Made by a program: the position numbers and the translations under genes. Positions 11,370 to 22,869 of a DNA stretch of 64,000 nucleotides are shown piece by piece. The notes under the pieces were generated by a model. It was not told where the DNA came from. It saw only the letters and a program-made list of their open reading frames with translations, and made no database searches. The DNA is taken from the NCBI GenBank assembly GCA_951406725.2, contig OX597814.1, forward strand, positions 127,782,001 to 127,846,000, written 5' to 3'. The stretch is from Octopus vulgaris. Taxonomy: Eukaryota. Every line of letters begins with the position of its first letter. The stretch's first letter is position 1.

Positions 11370-12008
11370 CAGAGGCGACTGTGCTGGTATGGTTATGTGA
11401 TGTGTATGGACAAGGACAGCTGTGCATAGAAGTGCCGATCTCTCACTGTGGAGGGAATCTGAGGTAGAGGTAGACCCAGGAAGACATGGGCGAGGTGGTG
11501 AAGTATGATCTTCAAACTTTGGGCCTCACAGAGGCAATGACTAGTGACCGAGACCTTTGGCGATATGTTGTGCTTGAGAAGACCCGTCAAGCCAAGTGAA
11601 ATCATAGTTGTGGCTGATGATGGTGTCACACGTCTGGCATGTAAAAAGCAACTTTTGAGTGTAGGGCTTCACAAAGGCAATGTGGCTGAGCTCTTTTCGA
11701 GTGTTGGGCCTCATGGAGGCAGTGACCGAGACCTTTGATATTATGTCATGCTTGAGAAGAAGACCCATCAAGCTGAGCAAAATTGCAGTTGTAGCAGATA
11801 CCAGCATCACGCATATGGCACCCATGCGGGTGCATGTAAAAGCACCCATTACATTCTTGGAGTGGTTAGCATTGGGAAGGGCATCCAGCCATAGAAACCG
11901 TGCCAAATCACACTGGAGTCTGGTGCAGCCTTCCAGCTTGCCAGCCTTGGTCAAACCATCCAACCCATGCCAGCATGGACAACAGACATTAAATGATGAT
12001 AATGAGGA
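11370..12008 (+). mobile_element. RTE LINE 3' end relic
   Basis: ggtagacccaggaagacatgg (GRPRKTW), internal duplication, terminal module and (gat)n. Confidence 0.8.
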
Positions 12009-12683
12009 TCTCTATCATGCCCTCTCACCCATGCTAAACCTGTGTATCACTTCACCTATTCTCACCACTCCTAAGTCCCTTGAAAGCATGTCCCAACTAA
12101 TTTTTGCTCTTATCTGCCTCACTATTGTTCTCCTTATCTTACTCTCTAACTCTCCTTTCCTTTCCAAATAGGGTCTCCATGTATCTACAGCAAGACACCT
12201 ATGTCTCTCCCTCTATTCTTTTAACCTTGATGTGTTTTACCATTTTTTTTGTCTTTTTTCTCTTGCAAGGTATTTGGTGACCCTGCCAGTGATGGTTCCA
12301 TATAAAAAGCACTGGTACTGGTGTCACATAAAAAGCACTGGTGATGGTGTCAAGTAAAAAGCATTCAGAACACTGTAAAGTGGTTGATGTTAGAAAGAAC
12401 ATCAAGCTGTAGAAATCATGCCAAAACAGACAGTGGAAACTTGTACAGCTTCTGGCCTTGCCAGATTCAGTCAAACCATCCAACCCATGTTAGCTGGAAA
12501 ATGATGATGATGATGATGATGAAACTTTAAGTAATGGATCAAACATATTACATACAAAAAGCATTTAATCATCAAAATATATTCCATCATATTCTATTAT
12601 CTGTTGCCATCATTGTGCTAGATGCTCAATTCCATGCTTTTACCATTTGGTTGGTTTAGTGGCAAGAAACTCCCTACACTTTG

Positions 12684-13101
12684 AAGGCAGTGAGCTGGCA
12701 GAAACGTTAGCACGCTGGGTGAAATGCTTAGCGGTATTTCGTCTGCCGCTACATTTTGAGTTCAAATTCCGCCCAAGTCAACTTTGCCTTTCATCTTTTT
12801 GGGGTCGATAAAATTAAGTACCAGTTACGCACTGGGGTCGATGTAATCGACTTAATCTGTTTGTCTGTCCTTGTTTGTCCCCTCTGTGTTTAGCCATTTG
12901 TGGGTAGTAAAGAAATAGGCATTTCGTTTGCCGTTACATTCTGAGTTCAAATTCCGCCGAGGTCGACTTTGCCTTTCATCTTTTCGGGGTCGATAAATTA
13001 AGTACCAGTTACGCACTGGGGTCGATGTAATCGACTTAATCCGTTTGTCTGTCCTTGTTTGTCCCCTCTATGTTTAGCCCCTTGTGGGCAATAAAGAAAT
13101 G
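12684..13101 (+). mobile_element. tRNA-derived SINE with Deu/Nin-like core, dimeric
   Basis: Head gagctggcagaaacgttagc, B-box-like gagttcaaattcc, core gcctttcatc..ggggtcgataaattaagtacc; ~180-bp unit twice. Confidence 0.85.
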
Positions 13102-13129
13102 AAAAATTCCTTACACTTGTTTACAGTCT

Positions 13130-14215
13130 TATTGTTGAACTTTTGTCTGTGTAGGAAACGAGCTATTGCTCAGAAAAGGTGATAATCTAGCGGTGTAAGG
13201 TCTGGACTGTAGGCAGAGTGAGGCAGCATTTTCAACCCCTCAAGTTTCTCAAGCTTACGTTTGGTCACATTGGCAGTGTGTGCTGAGGCATTGTAATGTT
13301 GTAGGACAGTGCATCTTTGATTGACCAATGCTGGGTAGCAGGCTTTCAAAACATCATATACTCACTTCAGTTGTTGAGCATAAAACTTAACATTCACAAC
13401 ATGATCATCTGAGATGAGCTCAAAGTGTAACATCCTCTTGAAATTCCACCAAACACATAACATAGCCTTCTTGTTTGACAACTGGCTCTGAAGCTTGGTC
13501 AGAAAGAAGCTACTGATTTCTCATACTAGGATTATGAAAATAGTTACATTTTTTATCTCTAGTTACAAGTTAATGTCAAAAATGGGCATCTGAAGGATTT
13601 GCCAGCAGGTGTTTGCAAATGTTCAGTTCATGAGGAACTTCTTGACTGCATCTCTTCATAAGTCCGAGCTTATGGAGGTGTTGTCTGATGGTGTTTTTGA
13701 AAGACCAAGTCCTACTGACAATGTATAAGTGATGTTGTTGTTGTTAAGCAACAAGACAGGTAAGGGTGATTAGGTGATGGTCTAGGGCTTATGGGTGGGA
13801 GACCCCAAACCTTCGAAAAAAAACAAACTTTGGTCGTCTTGTTGTAGTCGAGGGCTCTTTGTTGATGCCCGACACCATTGGGAGGTGGCCCTTGAAATCG
13901 CTGCAAATGGAGATCTCCAGGTCCAAATTCTCGAATGGCATGTATAAGTGCTTGTGATAGGCTGTTGTTCGACCATTTCAAGCAAAGCCTCATTTTCCAC
14001 AACAGAATGTCTCCTTGAGCTTGGTCTGTCTTCCAAACTCATTTCACCTTCCTTGAAACATTTGAACCAGTTTTGTGCTACATGTTTGTTAACAGTTCCT
14101 TAACCTTCCACATCATTAATTTCTTTTGCCACTGCCCTTGCACTTGGTCCTTTTTTCACAATTAGCGAAAATGGCTCTTATTGCAATTTTTTCTACCACC
14201 AGTTATCAAAGCTGT
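13130..14215 (-). mobile_element. Degenerate mariner transposase relic
   Basis: Minus strand WFKCFKEGEMSLEDRPSSRR and HYNASAHTA (HDNARPH-like); many stops; carries a later insertion. Confidence 0.7.
13732..13939 (-). mobile_element. Short retroposed insertion with (CAA)n tail and 11-bp TSD
   Basis: atgtataagtg at 13721-13731 and 13940-13950; (ttg)n at left end. Confidence 0.75.
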
Positions 14216-14249
14216 AAAATAAAGAATAAACAATTAATGTTTATTTTTG

Positions 14250-14514
14250 AACGAGGTCGTTGCCAGTACCGCTGAACTGGCTCCTGTGCAGGTGGCATGT
14301 AAAAAACACCATTTGAGTGTGGCCATTGCCAGTACCACCTGACTGGCCCTCATGCCGGTGGCACATAAAGCACCCACTACACTCTCAGAGTGGTTGGCAT
14401 TAGGAAGGGCATCCAGCTGTAGAAACTCTGCCAGATCAAGTTTGGAGCCTGGTGCAGCCATCTGGTTTGCCAGTCCTCAGTCAAATTGTCCAAACGATGA
14501 TGATGATGATGATG
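14250..14514 (+). mobile_element. RTE-type 3' module
   Basis: Two hairpin units, ggcattaggaagggcatccagc, (gat)n tail. Confidence 0.8.
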
Positions 14515-15119
14515 TTTATATGTTATAAATGAAAATAAAGAATAAACGATAGGGCAACAATTGGACAAGAAGTTGTATTAAATTAATGATATAACATGGA
14601 GATACAGGTTACCAAAAATCATCAATGAAAATTCAAAAAAACCTAGGTGAAATACATAACTGTATATCACCTGTGTACAAGTTATACAAACAGGGCAAAT
14701 TTAAGTATATCTCAGTAGATTGAAAAAATGTGAACACCTTTAATTGGTGTTTGAACCTTTTTGGGTTCTCCTCAGTGGTGTCTACATCACTTGACCAATC
14801 TCAGAGAAGCAAATTGCCAATCTGTTTATATACACCACAAATCCAGCATGTGCATATTTGTGTGGGAGTGTGTTACTGTCTCCTTGCCTTGACATCACAT
14901 AATAGCCATAAGCGAGTGCCTCTGTCACAAGAGCAAGGGTGTTCATTTTCAATATTCTTTGGAAAACGTGTCAGGCTATAGGGGAAATGTTACCTCAAAA
15001 ACAGGTGGGGTTGGTGACAGGAAGGGCTGTGAAAGAATCTGTAAAAAAATTCTCAATGAGTTCTATCTGACCTATACAAGCATGGCAAAGTGGAAGTGAA
15101 AGGATGATGATGATGATAA

Positions 15120-15335
15120 CCATCCTCCTCCTCCTCCCCATCCTCCTTCTGCTCCTGCTCCCCTTCTCCTCCTGCTTCTCCTCCTCCCTTCCTCCTCCCA
15201 TCATCCCCCTTCTCCACTCCTCCTCACATCATCCCCCTCCTCCACTCCTCCCCCCTCCTTCCCTCCTGCTCCCCTCCCTCCCCCTCCTCCTCCTCATCAC
15301 CATCATCAATGGTGATGGTGGTGGTGATGATGATT
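15120..15335. repeat. (CCT)n-like polypyrimidine low-complexity tract
   Basis: Direct reading. Confidence 0.9.
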
Positions 15336-15715
15336 TTGTGTGATCATAAACTGAAAAAAATGTCAGTTCATTTTCCTTGTGTTGTTAAATTAAGTCCAAT
15401 AATATATTTAGTCCAGCATTTCACTTTCCCCTCAGGACTTCCTGTTAGAATCCTGTGGCTTTTTTCTTCAGTTTAACTAATTTTAATCTTTCTGTAAAAC
15501 GCACTGGTGATGGTGCCATGTAAAAAATTACCCATCACACTCTGTTAAGTGGTTGGTATTAGGAAGGGCATTAAGCTGTAGAAATTGTGCCAAAACAGAT
15601 AATGGAACCCACTGTGGCTCCTGGCTTTGCCAGCTCTTGTTAACTGTTCAACCCATGCCAGCATGGAATACAGACGTTAAATGATGATGATGATCATCAC
15701 ACACACACGTGCACG

Positions 15716-15754
<39 letters not shown>

Positions 15755-15782
15755 ACACACACCACGGGATTTCAAGTTGTTT

Positions 15783-16384
15783 CTTATTTCTTTACTACCC
15801 ACAAGGGGTCAAACATAGAGGGGATAAACAAAGACAGACAAACGGATTAAGTCCATTACATCGACACCAGTGCGTAATTGGTACTTAATTTATCGACCCC
15901 GAAAGGATGAAAGGGAAAGTCCACCTCGGCAGAATTTGAACTCAGAATGTAACAGCAGACGATATACCTATTTCTTTATTACCCACAAGGGGCTAAACAC
16001 AGAGAGGACAAACAAGGACAGACATAGGTATTAAGTCGATTACATCGACCCCGGTGCGTAAGTGGTACTTAATTTATCGACCCCGAAAGGATGAAAGGCA
16101 AAGTCGACCTCGGCAGAATTTGAACTCAGAATGTAACAGCAGACGACATACCTATGTCTTTATTACCCACAAGGGGCTAAACACAGAGGGGACAAACAAG
16201 GACAGACATAGGTATTAAGTCGATTACATCGACCCCAGTGCGTAACTGGTACTTAATTTATCGACCCCGAAAGGATGAAAGGCAAAGTCGACCTTGGCGG
16301 AATTTGAACTCACAACGTAACGCAGACGAAATACCGCTAAGCATTTCGCCCGGCGTGCTAACGTTTCTGCCAGCTCACCGCCTT
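15783..16384 (-). mobile_element. tRNA-derived Deu/Nin-like SINE, trimeric, young
   Basis: One head aaggcggtgagctggcagaaacgttagc plus three ~180-bp units; CpGs intact. Confidence 0.88.
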
Positions 16385-16390
16385 CCAAAC

Positions 16391-16434
16391 GGGGCCCCGG
16401 ACGATGGGATCCCGGGGCCGCAATGTGCGTTCGA
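16391..16434 (-). pseudogene. 5.8S rRNA 3'-region fragment
   Basis: Minus strand tcgaacgcacattgcggccccgggatcccatcgtccggggcccc matches the conserved 5.8S segment GAACGCACATTGCGGCC plus its GC-rich hairpin. Confidence 0.8.
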
Positions 16435-17656
16435 GTATTTCAGGCTGTTTTTGTCTACCAAATTTATTCACAAGCCTAGGGCTATAGTCGAAGACATTTT
16501 CCTTACGTATTGCGCAGGAGGTGGGGAACCTGAAAGCAAGAGGTTGTAAAACGAGTTTCTTAAAAGCGAGGTTATGCTTGCACCTTATATTTTAGTATTT
16601 TTCTATTCGAATTCTTCATAATTACAACTATATATCTTAAAGTGCAAGCCAAAATATTCAACTCCTCACACGAATTTTCGGGGGTGGGGAATTGGTATCC
16701 ATAGTAGATACTAATTATAGAAATTGATGTTCTAAACTCTAGTATCACCCAATTAATCAGTAACTTAAAATTGAAAATAGATTCTGTTCAGAGGATTTTC
16801 ATCTAATTTCACAAAACCCCCTCGACGTTTCACCGTTGTTGTTTTTTTTCGCTTCAGATATGCTCTGAATGAGTATTCTATAATCAAAAGCGTTCCAGCC
16901 GTGACAATCCCATCTTTAGTTCAGGTAATCTCTGTCGGTCTCTAAAATTCGAGAGTTATTGTGTCCAATAAGTTTGGTTACTGTGAACAAAGAAAAAAGG
17001 TTTGAAGTTTCGAACCTTCGTCTTTCCAATTTTTTCTTTGTTTTTAGCCCTGTAGGATACAATTGGAGAGAAGTTTGGTTGCTATTTCTAGCCTACTAAA
17101 CGGCCACATAGAGGCTTCCACAAAGACTTGTGTCCTGTGTCGTAATAGGCAAGCTGTATCAGAGAAGGGAAATAAATCTTGAATAATATATTTATTTACC
17201 CAATTACCTCGCTTGCCAGTTCAACCACATGTACCCTGTTGTGTTCGCCATTTTCAGCACACATATATATACGGACAGCAACAATTCCACGGAGCTGTGT
17301 GGATACTCTCTAAAACACCAACTGCTGTACTTCATTTTAATTTCTTGTAAGTATATAACGCTTTGAAATCTCGCCTATCGTTTATTCTTTTATACCAGTT
17401 TGTTTTTAAATATATATTTCCTGAAGCCAAAATTCGCACTACATGATGACATAAACGTCAACGTAAATATAACAACACATAAATAGATACCATACATATA
17501 GAAGTGGTGCGCGTGTTTGTGTTTGCGCGCGGGTGTGTGTGTGTATGTTTCTGTGTGTTTGTATATATATATATAATCTATCTATCTATCTATCTATCGA
17601 TCGATCTATCATATAACAATACAAATCTAAGAAGCAGCTAATGTTTGTGTGTGTGT

Positions 17657-17759
<103 letters not shown>

Positions 17760-19345
17760 TTTATTCAAATGTTTTATTTTCATATGTAATATACGTTCCA
17801 ATGTTTACATGATTACATTTATTTGTGTGTATATATAAATATATAAATTCGAAGAACGTAATATTATTATTATAAAGTGAAAGCAAAGAGCGGTAAATTA
17901 ACGAATAATATAAGGTAGGATCCGAACGAATTGTCCATTATTAACACTCTCACAGGTGTGTGGACGTAATATTTGATAATAATAATGGTCGTAGTGTTTG
18001 GTAATAATATTGACTGTAGTTGTTTAGCGATCAATATTAAAGTGAAAGTGTCTGTTTCTATCCTTGTGGTTATACCATTGATGTTCACTTCCTACTTACT
18101 CTACTCCCACCCACTGTTGCCTGATCATAGATTCTGATGCTTCTTCCTCTCACAGACTTTCGACAAAGAAAAGTCTGCGAGGATTTGATTTTAAAAATCA
18201 AAATTAAAAATATGATACTTCCCATCGCTTTCTATGTGTTTATTAGCCATTATGATGTCTTTCCTTAAGAATTTATTGTCACAATGGAAAAACTTGAATA
18301 TATAATTAAAACATTATAATTATTTGCGCTGGAAATGTCATAGCAAATGTAACATAATAAATATTAGTATTGAAGCTAGAATATAAATATAATCAAAATA
18401 TGATATTCGTAAAGATAATTAATCGGTGTTTATATCAGTTATAATTAAAATGATCGTAATATCAATAATATGAAAAATTATTATAATGTTTTCCATTCTC
18501 ACATATCTTGAAACGAACTGTTGTATCTTTCTGACTGATGATAAATTTTAGTGTTACTCGTTACTTAGACGTTATTTAATTTCCTCTTTATTTACCTTGT
18601 CTTTCAGCAACCCATTGTTATCAACTCTCCACATTTTTTTTCAAGCCAACTCTATTTGCATATCAACAAATGATACCTCTTCTAACTTTCTGTTTCCTAA
18701 ATCGACTCCCTCCCTATTCCATTTCTTTGATTCACATTACGTACTAAACTAGATATATTTAATTTGCTGCTCTTGCAACTAGTTATATCGATAGACACAG
18801 GGATAGGACAATAATTGAATGGCCCTTGTTATATTACTGGTACATGCTGACCCTGAAGAGATAGAAAGCAAAATCGACCTTGGTGGAATTTGAACTCAGA
18901 AACTCAATAATATAATTAATTTAATCTGATACCTATGTCGCACCTATCCCAATTTACTGATTTACTCCAAAATATTAATCTCAGCATCTATCATACATTT
19001 TAAGTCTCATCTCAACAATTCCAGGAATCTTCTACCTCTAATTCCATTTACTACTATTATGGTAGTTTTCTTTCATGTTTAATTTATTAATAATTTTCTT
19101 TTATAGTATTTAAAATTAATAATGAGATTATTTGGACATATTTTACAAGAGGTTCTTATTCTTATAAATCAACTTTTGTTTTAAATTGATGGGGTTCTAA
19201 TAAAGGAAGTCATTGCCAATATTTCACCAGAATACAGATCAGTCACAATGCAAAGTAAGCAAGATCCAGAAATCTGGTGACATATCTGCTCAATCTTTGG
19301 TAATACTTTGCAAGAGCTATTTAACAATAACAAAACATCTCTCAC

Positions 19346-19427
<82 letters not shown>

Positions 19428-19434
19428 ATAAAAA

Positions 19435-19650
19435 CAAATGCGCCCTTTTAAAGCCTAGCTAGGCTCATGGGCCCGGTTTCTATGGACGGGAAGCCAGTCC
19501 ATTGCAGCATTACTCATTTTTGCCAGCTGAGTGGACTGGAGCAACGTGAAATGAAGTGTTTTGCTCAAGAACACAATGCGTCACCCGGTCTGAAACCACA
19601 ATCTTACGATCATGATGCTGACACCCTAACCACTAAGCCATGTGCCTCCA
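19435..19650 (-). mobile_element. tRNA-derived SINE, Meta-core-like
   Basis: Minus: ggaggcacatggcttagtggttaggg head, tgtgttcttgagcaaaacactt, atggactggcttcccgtcca..gaaaccggg. Confidence 0.7.
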
Positions 19651-19819
19651 CCTATATATAGGTTATGAGAGGTAATGGTGTCATTGAGACCCAAAGGTGT
19701 CATGTAATGCTGAATAAGTGCTATAGATGGACCGTAGTTAAGTTTCAGGTTTGGTGATTATGTGAATAAGGGATTCAATGTTGGTCATATGTCAGCGTGT
19801 GTATATAAAAATTTTTTTC

Positions 19820-20140
19820 GTAATGAGATAAAAACGAAGGCTGTGTAGATTTTAGGACATTTATAGATAGGAGGTCTTACAGCTGTTTCCAGGATATTTA
19901 TTATATCTCTTCATCTGCCTAAAAAAATGGATCTACAAATGCAATATCCCTACATATCTTACATCTATTTTCTTTTATTTCCTTCACCTTACTCTCTAGT
20001 TTATATCTTATCTAAATTAACTATTAACCATCCTCTCACACCGTCTCCGATGAAGAGATATAATAAATATCCTGGAAACAGCTGTAAGACCTATCTATAA
20101 ATGTTCTAAAATCTACACAACCTTGGTTTTTTATCTCATT

Positions 20141-20142
<2 letters not shown>
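19820..20142. repeat. ~95-bp inverted repeat abutting (TA)n, arms carry a hammerhead motif
   Basis: Arms 19820-19915 and 20049-20142. Confidence 0.85.
20043..20090 (+). ncRNA. Minimal type I hammerhead ribozyme motif
   Basis: gtct-CCGATGA-AGAGATAT-aataa-ATATCCT-G-GAAAC-agct-GTA-agac; stem I gtct/agac, palindromic stem III loop, U4C variant. Confidence 0.75.
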
Positions 20143-20187
<45 letters not shown>

Positions 20188-20868
20188 AAACGTTTGATTT
20201 AGGCACAAGGCTAACAGTTTTGAAGGGAGGGGAGTAGTTGATACCATTGATCCCAATACTTGGTTGGTGCTTTATTTGTGTCATCTCAGAGGTATGAAAG
20301 GTAAAATAGACCTCAATGAGATTTGAACATTGGAGCCAGAACCAATGCCACAATTCATTATTCTGACAATTTTTAGATTCTGCCAGCCATCATCTTTCTA
20401 TTTTTGCATAATGAATCCAATAAGTATTTGTTCAAGTCCTATATTGGAGTTCCTCAGAAAAATATTCATCTGAGTTAGTGCTTGTCAACCATTTTTTGCT
20501 TATGGGCCCCATTGATTCCTATTTTACTCTATTGGACCCTCATATCCATTGGATGTCAGAAAGAAAAAAAATCTTACTGGATTTTTATGATTAAATATTA
20601 GGAATTTTATTTAAAAAATTGTTAAAATATCTTGTGTATTGTAGCAGTATAAGCAATTAGGAACAATTGATGTAAGTAAAGTTATGGTCACATGACGTTC
20701 TTTGCTTCTAGAAGCCTTATTCAACTATTTACCTAAACTTTTTCTTTGAACTGCTATCCTTGTTAAATAGCCTGAATCCTTTGACCATTGGCTTAAGTCA
20801 TGAGACATAGAAAATATCAAAAGCTTGCAATGTTACAAGAACATGAATGTTATATATCTTCCTTCCTT

Positions 20869-21266
20869 AAGGCCATGAGCTGGCAGAAACATTAGCACGC
20901 CGGGCAAAATGCTTAGTGGTATTTCGTCTGTCTTTACGTTCTAAGTTCAAATTCCGCTGAGGTTGACTTTGCCTTTCATCCTTTCGGGGTCGACTAATAA
21001 GTACCAGTTACACACTGGGGGCAATATAATCGACTTAATCCGTTTATCTGTCCTTGTTTGTCCTCTCTGTGTTTAGCCCCTTGTGGGTAGTAAAGAAATA
21101 GGTATTTCGTCTGTCTTTACATTCTGAGTTCAAATTCCACCGAGGTCGACTTTGCCTTTCATTGTTTTGGGGTCGATAAATTAAGTACCAGTTGCGTACT
21201 GGTGTCAATCTAATTGACTGGGTCCCTCCCCCAAAATTTCAGGCCTTGTGCCTAGAGTAGAAAAGA
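20869..21266 (+). mobile_element. Deu/Nin-like SINE dimer with two different tails
   Basis: Unit 1 ends gccccttgtgggtagtaaagaaata; unit 2 ends cccccaaaatttcaggccttgtgcc. Confidence 0.8.
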
Positions 21267-22619
21267 TATGTCTTCCTTCCTCTTGTAGGTGCATGTGTCT
21301 TTTATTTTCAACTGCATGGTAATTAGGTGTAGTTTAGATCTTAAACTCATTATTGTACAAGTCATTTGCACATAAAGAAACCAACTGAAACATTGTTGAA
21401 GCTAGTGTCACTAGCTTCAAGAATATATTTCAGTTGGTTTCTGATGCCCTTTCTAATGCCAATGCTTGTAGAGTGCACTGGATGCTTGAGGCAGCTTATG
21501 TTATGTAATGAAAGATTAGAATATGAAGTAAGGGACCATGGCACACGTTTCTTGTTGCAGAGGAGATACATGGCTGCTCCCATTATACAAGAGTGGTTAT
21601 AATAGTAAGAATGAGGGATGGTTAGAGATGGAGTAGGGGTGCAAATATACTGAATAATGATGAACAGAAGTTGAGGCAGGGAGGTAGGGTGTTGATAAAT
21701 ATGAGTTGAAGGAATGAATAGAAATTGAGAAGGGTGTAAGGGTGAATGTAGTGAATAGTGGAGAGATGAACACATGCATATAAGTTGGGTAGAAGGCTGG
21801 GGAGGAAGAGAGTGAAGAGCAGCAGGGTAATGATAATACAGTAGTGAGCAGAAGGATGTGAGGAGAAATGGTGCATAGTGACCAGGTTGCAAGAGCTGAA
21901 TGAAGAGAGTCAGAGAAAAATATCTGAGCAAGAAAGAAAATACCGTTTTTTAAGTGACATGGTCCATGCAAGTTCTCCAATGATGTTAGTTTTGTTCTTA
22001 TCCCTATGAAGTAATTATCATTTTAAATAATGTGTGATTAGTGGCTTCAGACTCAGAATGAGAAGGACTTGATGACACAAACCCATCTGAAAAAGGAAGG
22101 GATAAAAGCTTAAAGATTCATTGAACATTCAGGGATTTTAGAGAAGTTCTAATTAAAGCATTTGACAAGGAGGAGGAGATAGTGACAAGTAATATGTAAG
22201 ACAATGGGAAGTTTATTCAGGACATATTACTGAGGGAGACAGGCCAAATCAGTATCTAGTGCAAAGTTTCAGCTTGAACAAGGTTAACATGGTGGTAGGA
22301 CAGTGAAGGTGACTGAGCTATAAAAGTGAAGAAATGGGTTTGAAAGGATTGGAAGAATGGAGGTAGTAGAGAACTATACCTGGCAGCTGGAAAAGAAGGT
22401 TGGCAACATGTCTATGTAGCAAGGGGAGAAGCAGAAAGGAAGAGGTTTGTTTATGTTCTGTGAAGATCAGAGGCATGAGTTGTTCTGGATTGGAAAACAG
22501 TGTATTGAGAAATTGTGACGATGTGAGAGAGAAGTGTATATGGATGGATGATTGCACATTTGCACTTAGAGACTTGAAAGTGATGCTATGAAATGTGAAA
22601 AAGGAGAGCTCTGTGTTGA

Positions 22620-22866
22620 TCACACATAAAAAGCACCAACCAATCGTGGCCATTTGCCAGCCTCCTCTGGCCCCTGTGCCGGTGGCATGTAAAAAGCACC
22701 CACTACACTCATGGAGTGGTTGGCGTTAGGAAGGGCATCCAGCTGTAGAAACACTGCCAGATCAGACTGAAGCCTGGCGCAGTCTCCTGGTTTCCCAGAC
22801 CCCAGTTGATCCGTTCAACCCATGCTAGCATCGAAAACAGACATTAAACGATGATAATGATGATGA
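22620..22866 (+). mobile_element. RTE-type 3' module
   Basis: Same module as 1653-2155. Confidence 0.8.
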
Positions 22867-22869
22867 GAA

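Noticed and set aside
12684-12775. tRNA gene
   Set aside because: A/B-box-like motifs are present but there is no cloverleaf; it is a SINE head, as at 16384, 19650, 20869 and 52610.
14995-15343. Pro/Leu-rich and Glu/Arg-rich ORFs
   Set aside because: Products of a (GAT)n tail plus (CCT)n low-complexity tract.
15783-16384. Regularly spaced repeats resembling a CRISPR array (also the RTE hairpin units)
   Set aside because: Whole ~180-bp units repeat with no unique spacers; they are SINE multimers in eukaryotic DNA with no cas genes.
16391-16434. Functional rRNA locus
   Set aside because: Only ~44 nt of 5.8S, with no 18S, ITS or 28S context.
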